64,000 nucleotides of DNA from an uncultured bacterium. Its GTDB lineage: Bacteria; Patescibacteriota; Minisyncoccia; Phycocordibacterales; PALSA-1337. Below, piece after piece: positions 19,172 to 27,200 of the stretch; position 1 is the stretch's first letter; each line of letters starts with the position of its first letter. A program made the translations under genes and the position numbers. Under the pieces are notes generated by a model. It was given only the letters and a program-made list of their open reading frames with translations. It did no database searches and was not told the DNA's origin. The stretch lies in assembly GCA_963848635.1 (NCBI GenBank), contig CAWKEA010000005.1, forward strand, positions 15,275 through 79,274, read 5' to 3'.

Positions 19172-20545
19172 GTGCCTATGGATTTTTTACGCACCAGAAC
19201 CGCTCTTTTCTCGTTTTCTTTTTTTTATTCCTTTCTATTCTTTCTTTTACCTGCTGTCCACGCTCAAACGATGGCCTCCACAGCCTCGACTCAAGCGGCT
19301 TTGCAAGCCGAGCTTACCCAGGTAGAGGCTGAGGAAACCGCGGCTCAGACTCAATTGGAAAGCGCGCAGAACCAGACTGCATCCATCCAAAAAGACATCA
19401 ATGTATTGACCGCACAGATCAACGCCGCCAATCTCAAAATAAAGCAGGAGAATCTCATAATCCAGACCCTCGGCCAGAATATAAATCAGAAGCAGTCGAA
19501 TATCAACCAGCTTGAAGATCAAATCAGCAAAGGACATCAAACGCTCAGCGCTATCCTTGTCAAAATAAACGAGGCGGGCAATATCAACATCCCCGACATA
19601 CTTTTCAACTCGACCAACCTGGCGCAAACGATGTCGAGCTTTGACGGCTTCCAATCTGTTCAACAGGCTCTCGCGCAGACGTTCGAACAATTACGGTCCA
19701 ACGAGAGCGAGAATCAGAGCGAAAAAAACCAACTGACGACCCAGCAGAATCAAGAAGAAGACGCCAAGGCTGTCATTCAACAGCAAGAGTCCACTGTCCA
19801 GCTGGCGCAAAACCAAAAGCAACAGCTCTTGTCCGTCAGCAAGGAAAGCGAGAGCGCCTATAGCCAGCTCGTAACAGAAAAGAAGCAGAAAGCGGCGCAA
19901 ATACGCGCGGCGCTCTTCAACCTCGCCGGAACGAACGCGATATCATTCGGTGATGCTTTGAGCTATGCCAACACGGTTTATGCTGTCACTGGCGTGCCGC
20001 AGGCTTTTCTCCTCGCTATTCTGACCCAAGAAACCGGCATAGGAAAGAACGATGGCACCTGCTATCTGACGAATCCGAACGATGGCTCGGGCATCAACGC
20101 AAAAAACGGCGATATCGTATCGAATGTCATGAAGCCTTCGCGCGACGTCCAGCCATTCTTGACGATCACTCAATCGCTCGGATTGGACTATAAATCGATG
20201 CAGGTATCATGCCCGCAATCCATAGGCTACGGCGGCGCCATGGGTCCGGCACAATTCATCGCTTCGACATGGACACTCCTCATCAATAGGCTCGAGACTG
20301 CTCTTGGCATATCCACAGCACCTGATCCATGGCACCCGCTTGACGCATTCATGGCGTCCGGCCTGTACCTTTCCGACCTTGGCGCGGATTCGACCAGCTA
20401 TACCGCGCAAAAGAACGCCGCCTGCAAATATTATTCAGGTCATTCTTGCGGCGTTGTCTCGGGAGCGACTTCTTATGGGAATAGCGTCATGTCATTGGCA
20501 AATTCGATCCAGACGAATGAGATAGATCCGTTGAACGGACTCTAG
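19172..20545 (+). CDS. secreted coiled-coil protein with C-terminal lysozyme-like/transglycosylase-like domain (putative cell-wall hydrolase)
   Basis: Signal peptide, then about 230 aa of Q/N/A-rich heptad-like coiled coil, then a Cys-containing globular domain whose AILTQETGIG segment resembles the catalytic-Glu region of the lysozyme-like superfamily. Confidence 0.45.
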   Translation: MPMDFLRTRTALFSFSFFYSFLFFLLPAVHAQTMASTASTQAALQAELTQVEAEETAAQTQLESAQNQTASIQKDINVLTAQINAANLKIKQENLIIQTLGQNINQKQSNINQLEDQISKGHQTLSAILVKINEAGNINIPDILFNSTNLAQTMSSFDGFQSVQQALAQTFEQLRSNESENQSEKNQLTTQQNQEEDAKAVIQQQESTVQLAQNQKQQLLSVSKESESAYSQLVTEKKQKAAQIRAALFNLAGTNAISFGDALSYANTVYAVTGVPQAFLLAILTQETGIGKNDGTCYLTNPNDGSGINAKNGDIVSNVMKPSRDVQPFLTITQSLGLDYKSMQVSCPQSIGYGGAMGPAQFIASTWTLLINRLETALGISTAPDPWHPLDAFMASGLYLSDLGADSTSYTAQKNAACKYYSGHSCGVVSGATSYGNSVMSLANSIQTNEIDPLNGL

Positions 20546-20590
20546 GAATTGGGCTAATTTTCACTTATCCACAGGACAGAGCTTGCAAGT

Positions 20591-20602
20591 GAACGATTGT
20601 TC
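20591..20602. promoter_or_regulatory. putative LexA (Cheo-type) box GAAC-N4-GTTC
   Basis: gtGAACgattGTTCac is a 16-bp palindrome. It lies about 270 bp upstream of lexA and 40 bp upstream of a small ORF. Confidence 0.45.
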
Positions 20603-20643
20603 ACTTATACTATATCTATTATAGGTTAAGCAATAAAAAAGCC

Positions 20644-20850
20644 ATGAGTAGCTATAAAACATTCAAGGTGATCAAAAGCGAGCTCGCAAAGCTCAATCAT
20701 AGGATAGATCTCAAGATCATCCAGGGAGTTCCATATTACAATGAGGCGCGCCGGCACAAATTCTTGCGCGCACAGTTACAGGACCTTTCTCTGCGAAAAA
20801 GTCCTTGGTTGCGGAGTTCGCTTCGGTTCGCCAGCCTGTTTATGTTCTGA
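20644..20850 (+). CDS. hypothetical small basic protein, possibly SOS-regulated
   Basis: A 68-aa ORF between the LexA box and lexA on the same strand. No family recognised. Confidence 0.25.
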   Translation: MSSYKTFKVIKSELAKLNHRIDLKIIQGVPYYNEARRHKFLRAQLQDLSLRKSPWLRSSLRFASLFMF

Positions 20851-20871
20851 CCTTCGTGTTTTAATACAAGC

Positions 20872-21438
20872 ATGAATAACCACAAAGACAAGATATTTGG
20901 TTTTTACGCCACCAACAAGCGCATGCCGAGCTATGCGGAGATCATGCGCCTCGTCGGTTTCAAGTCAAAGAACGCAGTCTACAAGCTCGTCAATCGTCTT
21001 GTCGCTGAAGGCATCGTCCTGAAAGACAAGACTGGTCGCCTTATACCCAGCCGCCTTTTTGGCGAGGTGCCACTGCTTGGTCTCGTCGAAGCTGGTTTCC
21101 CATCAGTAGCCGAAGAGACGCCGCTCGATAGTCTGAGTCTTGATGATTATTTGATCGAAAAGAAAGACAAGACATATCTATTAGAGGTAAAAGGGGACTC
21201 GATGATCGATGCCGGCATCCGTGAGGGTGATTATGTTCTGGCTGAGCGAGGCAAGGAAGCCCGACCAGGCGATATCGTCATAGCATGTGTCGATGATGGT
21301 TGGACGATGAAATATCTGCGTCACGATAAATCAGGCAAGCCTTTCCTCGAGCCTGCGAACAAAAAATACCAGCCGATATATCCCGAACAGTCGCTCGATA
21401 TAGCCGCGGTGGTGAGGGGGGTAGTGAGGAAATATTGA
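20872..21438 (+). CDS. lexA: LexA repressor
   Basis: N-terminal winged HTH and a C-terminal S24 peptidase domain with the VKGDSM serine motif and a downstream Lys. Confidence 0.85.
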   Translation: MNNHKDKIFGFYATNKRMPSYAEIMRLVGFKSKNAVYKLVNRLVAEGIVLKDKTGRLIPSRLFGEVPLLGLVEAGFPSVAEETPLDSLSLDDYLIEKKDKTYLLEVKGDSMIDAGIREGDYVLAERGKEARPGDIVIACVDDGWTMKYLRHDKSGKPFLEPANKKYQPIYPEQSLDIAAVVRGVVRKY

Positions 21439-21448
21439 TTATTTTTAT

Positions 21449-22105
21449 ATGTATAACCGCGCTAAACTTCATTTTAAAAAAGCTGACCCAATCCTGTACC
21501 AGTCAGCCCAACTGCACGATATCGCCGATATCCGACGTTCAAAGGACGTCTTTGGAGATCTTATACGTGCAATCGTGAATCAGCAACTTTCTAGCAAAGC
21601 CGCAGATACTATTTATAGCAGGCTCGAATCTCTTGTTCATAACAGATCCAAAAGCAAGGAGGGAAGAGGGAAGTTTGGAAAAAGCAGATCTCCTGTCCTT
21701 GATCCAAGGTCGATCGCTGGCCTAAAGGCGTCCTCTCTACGAAAATGCGGCCTTTCTAGCGCCAAAGCCGCTACAATCAAAGGCGTGGCAAAAGCGATCA
21801 TCGACGGAGAAATCGATCTTTCCACGATCCACACACTTACCGATGAAAAAATCATCGACCTTTTGACTTCATTAAAAGGCATCGGCCAGTGGACTGCGGA
21901 AATGATCCTGATGTCCTCGCTTGGCCGTATCGATATTTTTTCTAAAGGCGATCTTGGCCTGCGCAAAGGCATCATGCGTCTCTACGGGTTAAAAAAGATG
22001 CCGAGCGATATGACAATGGAAAGACTGGGCAAGGCTTGGTCGCCATATCGCACTTATGCGGCGCGTCTCTTATGGAAAGTTGCCGATGAAGCAAAGGACA
22101 AATAG
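21449..22105 (+). CDS. HhH-GPD family DNA glycosylase (3-methyladenine glycosylase II-like)
   Basis: Helix-hairpin-helix LKGIGQWTAEMILM followed by a Gly/Asp-rich loop (GDLGLRKG). About 218 aa. Confidence 0.7.
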   Translation: MYNRAKLHFKKADPILYQSAQLHDIADIRRSKDVFGDLIRAIVNQQLSSKAADTIYSRLESLVHNRSKSKEGRGKFGKSRSPVLDPRSIAGLKASSLRKCGLSSAKAATIKGVAKAIIDGEIDLSTIHTLTDEKIIDLLTSLKGIGQWTAEMILMSSLGRIDIFSKGDLGLRKGIMRLYGLKKMPSDMTMERLGKAWSPYRTYAARLLWKVADEAKDK

Positions 22106-22314
22106 CTGATATTATTCGGAACATCACTTCGCCTTTCAAATCTGAACGGGATGCTCTGCGTTGTCCTGTGCGTCATCTCAAGATCTCATAATGTGCGCCG
22201 TCTGGGATGAAGTGGAAACCTTTCTCACATTGAATAGTCTACCATAAACAGTAAACCCCAGACCGAATTGTCTGAGGTGAAGTTATACGCATATCTTCAA
22301 AGCGTTGCATGTTA

Positions 22315-22926
22315 TTACTTGCGATCTTTGTCTTCAGGCCTGTGCACGTTATCAACCCGAGTAAGTATGAGATCGTTCAGAGTCTCAACGCCTCGGAGGA
22401 AGCTCCTCAGGGAGCAGGCGTACTTGAATACACCAAGCTTATCTCCCTTAAGTAACCTCTGTTTGATCTCTTCCAGGCAACCCTGGGCAAATTCAAACCC
22501 TTCTCCGTCTCTGACCTTGAACTCAACGAGCTTGCAAAGTGCCAGATCAATATTTTCAATGATTTCACCTTTGAACTGTTCATTGAACTGACTGTTCTCG
22601 TTGATTGCTTGCTCTGCGAGGTTCCCCGCACGATCCGCAACATTTGAAGCGGCCATCCGGAAGTTACTGACTCCATCTTCGCTACCGTAGCAATCCCAGG
22701 CACGAAGCATGTTTCTGACCGCGAAGCACTTCTCGTAGGATTGGAGGAAGGCGATTTTCTCGATATCTTCCACTCCTTGCGGAACAATCTTATGACTGTC
22801 TGCAAGAATGGCGCGGACTACCCATTCACCACCAAGCTTATTGACCAATGCTTCAATCTGACCGAGGTTTAATTTACCGTATTTCATCTGTTTCCTTTCC
22901 TCGACGGTTGTCGAGAAACTTCTCAC
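22315..22926 (-). CDS. hypothetical protein
   Basis: A 203-aa ORF with no recognisable motif, located in the tRNA-proximal region. Confidence 0.35.
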   Translation of the reverse strand: MRSFSTTVEERKQMKYGKLNLGQIEALVNKLGGEWVVRAILADSHKIVPQGVEDIEKIAFLQSYEKCFAVRNMLRAWDCYGSEDGVSNFRMAASNVADRAGNLAEQAINENSQFNEQFKGEIIENIDLALCKLVEFKVRDGEGFEFAQGCLEEIKQRLLKGDKLGVFKYACSLRSFLRGVETLNDLILTRVDNVHRPEDKDRK

Positions 22927-23413
22927 TGCCCGTGAGTCGAGGGGGTTGCTTTCGCAACATCATTGCTAGATGACTTGGCCAAAGGTTTCGTCATAGCAGA
23001 GAATGGCCTAAAAATAAGCCGCTTTCTGCTATGACGAATGCAAGTAATTTCAATGTTCTATCCTAGTGTAAGTATAGCACCTTCTACACTATTTATCAAT
23101 ACTTTAACGATTTCGTCAAATATGTGTCTTAGTATGGCTCTATTAAGCCACCCTGTTAACCACAGTAGTCCTTCGCCCCCGCTCGACTATCTCTGAAGGT
23201 TAGGTGACTCATGGTCGCGGGCACTAGAAGTAGTGGATGTTCACTTCCTTCTCACGGAACCATATTCCGCCTGACGACGAGCAAAAGCGTAAAGTAATCG
23301 AAAAGTTACTTTGGAACCTTTCGATCAAAAATCAAACCGTTGCTCAACACAGTTTCAAAAGCCCTTATTCCATTCTCGCTAAATCACCCAAAACAGGCGA
23401 TAATTTAACAATG

Positions 23414-23495
23414 TGCCGGGGAGAGGACTTGAACCTCCATGGATTACTCCGCTTGCTCCTAAAGCAAGTGCGTCTGCCAATTTCGCCACCCCGGC
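23414..23495 (-). tRNA. tRNA-Leu(TAG)
   Basis: Manually folded. Acceptor GCCGGGG/CCCCGGC, anticodon loop TTTAGGA, long variable arm, T-loop TTCAAGT. No encoded CCA. Confidence 0.8.
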
Positions 23496-23854
23496 GATAG
23501 TGATTCAAAAGCATCATCAACATGAGCAGGCATGCCTTCACATTATCATGTTTTACGAAGCCTTCCAATTGTTTGACCTTCAATCGACATTTTAATCTTA
23601 TTTAATAGATACATCTCTGCTATGTTCTGAAATAACAGATCCACTTGTATATATCCACAAGGTCTTGCCGGAAATTTAACTATATGTTAGAATATTTTCA
23701 GAGCACATTCGTCTTGGTTCTTCGATGCGAGCTTGAGTGCGACCCGACGCAGAACCGATGCGAGCTCTAGAACCCGATGACCAGACCGGGAGCCCCCTTT
23801 TCGAAAGATTGGGGGGTTTTTATATGCAAAAATTATCAACTCCGAGGCCTTTTG

Positions 23855-23927
23855 TGCGCCCAGTAGGGATCGAACCTACGACCTTATCCTTAAGAGGGAT
23901 CTGCTCTACCAGCTGAGCTATGGGCGC
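23855..23927 (-). tRNA. tRNA-Lys(CTT)
   Basis: Acceptor GCGCCCA/TGGGCGC, D-loop AGCTGGTA, anticodon loop CTCTTAA, T-arm GTAGG-TTCGATC-CCTAC. Confidence 0.8.
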
Positions 23928-24271
23928 GTTATCGTGATTACACCTCCATATTTTAGTATGGTTATGTTGAAAACTACTCAACGATCATGTTTCGGAAGCA
24001 ATCTAAAATTTAGCAGATTTTCAGGGGTTGTGCAATGTTTATTCCGGCTAGCGAGGAACGTGTGGACGAGTATTCTCGTACACAACGTCCGACAATTTAG
24101 TAAAATCCCTACTGGGTCGACGACGGATCAAACGAGTAAATACTCCGCAACTTGCTGCGCTAAGTAGCGAAGCTTCCATTTAATATCTCGTCAGCTTGTT
24201 GCGAGGCAGTTTATTCAAGTACAATTTTTATAAATAATAGGTTATAATCTTAGAATGACACTATCATTTAA

Positions 24272-27200
24272 ATGAAAACGATCGACCCTATTCTTGGTTT
24301 TGACAGAATTAATCTTATCGGAACTAAAAAAGCACGGTGGAGTACGATCGCACTATTCACGTTCATGTTTTTGGTGGGAGGTTTTCTTTTTGATATCAAT
24401 GGGGCCCAAGCGGCCACGAGTATATATTATTCAGTTGGTTCCAGCAATACTACCGATTACAAGACTGGCTCTCCCACAATTTCCATCGATGGAAGTGGCA
24501 ATGCAACATTTTCAGTCGCCCAGACAAATAATTCGATGGGTGTCGGCGATGTTATCAATTATAACGGCCAACAAGCCTATGTCACAGCCAAGACATCGAC
24601 CTCTATTTGGACAGTCGAAACTGCCATTGGCGCTTTGCCTCCGGCAACATCACCCGTACCTGTAACATCGATTACGCATGTTTTTAGTACTCTCAAAAGC
24701 GCACTGGGCGATGGGATTGCAGGCAATGTCACATCATCAAATTTCCTCAATACCTCCGACCTCGTAGCTAACAACTATGTCCTTAACGTTTCGCTTTATA
24801 ATGACACAGGAACACCAGAGACTGGAGATGGTAATATGACAATTGGAGGTTTTACGACGAGCGCCATCAACCATATATACATATACACTCCAACATCGAC
24901 AACCACCCAAGTGAACGCTAGCCAGCGACATAAAGGTGTATTTAATACTGCGATTGGCTATGCGCTTCAGGTCCCGGTCAATGCATATATTCTGACTATC
25001 ACCAATCCATATGTGACGATCGATGGCGTTCAAATAAATAATACCAACGGTCGCGGGTCGCTTTCATTGAACAACAATACTACTCTATCCAATGACATCA
25101 TTTTGGGTTCTGGGGATTATACACTCATATATGCCAGAGTGAATGACGTCGTGATGTATAATAATGTGATACAAGGCCCCAATACTATCGCCATTGATGC
25201 GGAGACAGCAGGTCAAACTGACTGGATATACAACAACACTTTTTATAACGTAGGCACAGCTATAGCGCTCAGCAATTGCAGTTTTGGTACGCAAATCAAA
25301 TTGATAAACAATATTTTTGCGTCAACAACTGCTCCCATGTCAGGTGCAGGCACCTGTGCGGCAGCGGGTTCAGATTATAACTCTACCGACGCAAGCTCAT
25401 TGGATTATTCTGTGACAGGAGGAGGCAATGTTCATGACCGCGTCAATCAGACATTTAATTTTTATGATCTTGCGAATAGCGATTTCGATCTGACGATATC
25501 AGATACAGGCGCCCTTGACCTCGGTACATCATCGCCATCGAATGATCCGGTGGTTCCATTTTCAACAGATATCTTAGGCACCAATCGTCCACAAGGGCCT
25601 GCATGGGATATCGGCGCGTTCGAGTACTTGCCATCGACATATGCAACCACTCCACCAGGTCTTTCCGGCGGTTCACCGGGTGGACAAATAGCCTACGGCA
25701 CAGCATCCCTTACTGTTTCCGTTAACACTAATGAGAATGCCACTTGCAAGTATGATGTTGTGGCTGGCACAGCGTACGCGTCTATGCCATACACATTCAC
25801 CAGTACCGGCGGAACGACTCACAGTTCAGCAATTTCTGGTCTACAAAATGGTCACGTATACAACTATTATGTCCGATGCCAAGACGCTTCTGGCAACACT
25901 AACATCAATGATTATGTGATTTCGTTCGAAGTGAATCAGGGCGTCGACGGTATCGTCTATGCTACGAGCTGTTCAAAGGAGGATACTAACTATGCCATGT
26001 CATTCGTCAATGCCGGCGACACGCTCAAGATCCCTGCGGGTGTTTGCGGCGGATACTCGTCATCCTTTGGTTTGGGGATATACAAAGCCATAACAGTTCA
26101 AGGAGCTGGAGAAGGGCAAACCATCATTGAAATAGCCTCGACTACGTCTGGAACATATTTTAATGGTGCCATCATACCTATTTATGCAGCTGCTACTGTC
26201 AGAGATTTGACCATCGAGACTGATACTTCTGGAAATAGCGGAACAGCCTTTACCGTAAATGCCAGCGGTTTTCGTATCACCAATGTCCAATATATTGACC
26301 AGACTCCCGCAGACACTGGTTATTTCGTCGGAGTCAGATCGGGCGTATATGGTCTTATCGATCACGATAGCGTAACTGGTGGAGCGGGTAACGATGAGCT
26401 TATTGTCGTCTACGGCCCTACAGACTCTTGGCAGACGCCGAATACCATGGGTAAATCTGAAGCACTTTATATCGAGGACTCTACGTTCAACAATAGCGGA
26501 TATGTTACTGATTGCAACTCAAATAGCCGATGTGTGGTTCGCCATAATGTCATCACTGGGCCTATAAAAGTAGACGGTCACGGCAAGGCAAGCGATACGC
26601 CTCCACGTGGCGTGAGACAATACGAGACATATGACAATACATGGACAAGCAGTGCGACCGCGTGGGCCGCAATAGAGATGCGAGGCGGTACGGGTATTAT
26701 ATTTGGTAATAAAGTGACGAATCAATCGCCTGGTGCAAATGCAGGATGGTTCTTTCTCACTGATTATGCGTACGGCGCGGCATGGCCAAACTTTGGTAGC
26801 GTATATCAATGTCTTAATAATTATCCCGTAGATGATCAGATCGGTGTCGGCGAAGACGCCAAGGTAGCCGCTAGCGAGCCATACTATATCTGGGGCAATA
26901 CTTTTGGTGGTTCTGCCTGGACGAGATCATTCAAGGCGATTCCTCCCACAAGTGTCAGCGGTTGTTCGGTGACGTTCACTGAAAGTCAAGTTATACAGTC
27001 TAACCGTGATTTTTACGCTGATGCAGGTTTTGATACGAATACTGGTTTGACCAGCGGTCCATTCTCATCTATTCCTTCGACGTGTACGATAGGATTTGGT
27101 TACTGGGCTACCGATCGAGGAGGGGACTGGGATGCATCTATTGGGACATCGAGCGCATCGAACGATGGCAGTCTGTATAAATGCACATCTACTAATACAT

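Noticed and set aside
23237-23595. Small ORFs (23237-23500 plus, 23365-23583 minus, 23413-23595 plus) overlapping tRNA-Leu(TAG)
   Set aside because: They overlap a well-folded tRNA gene and have no coding signal. They are artefacts of ORF calling.
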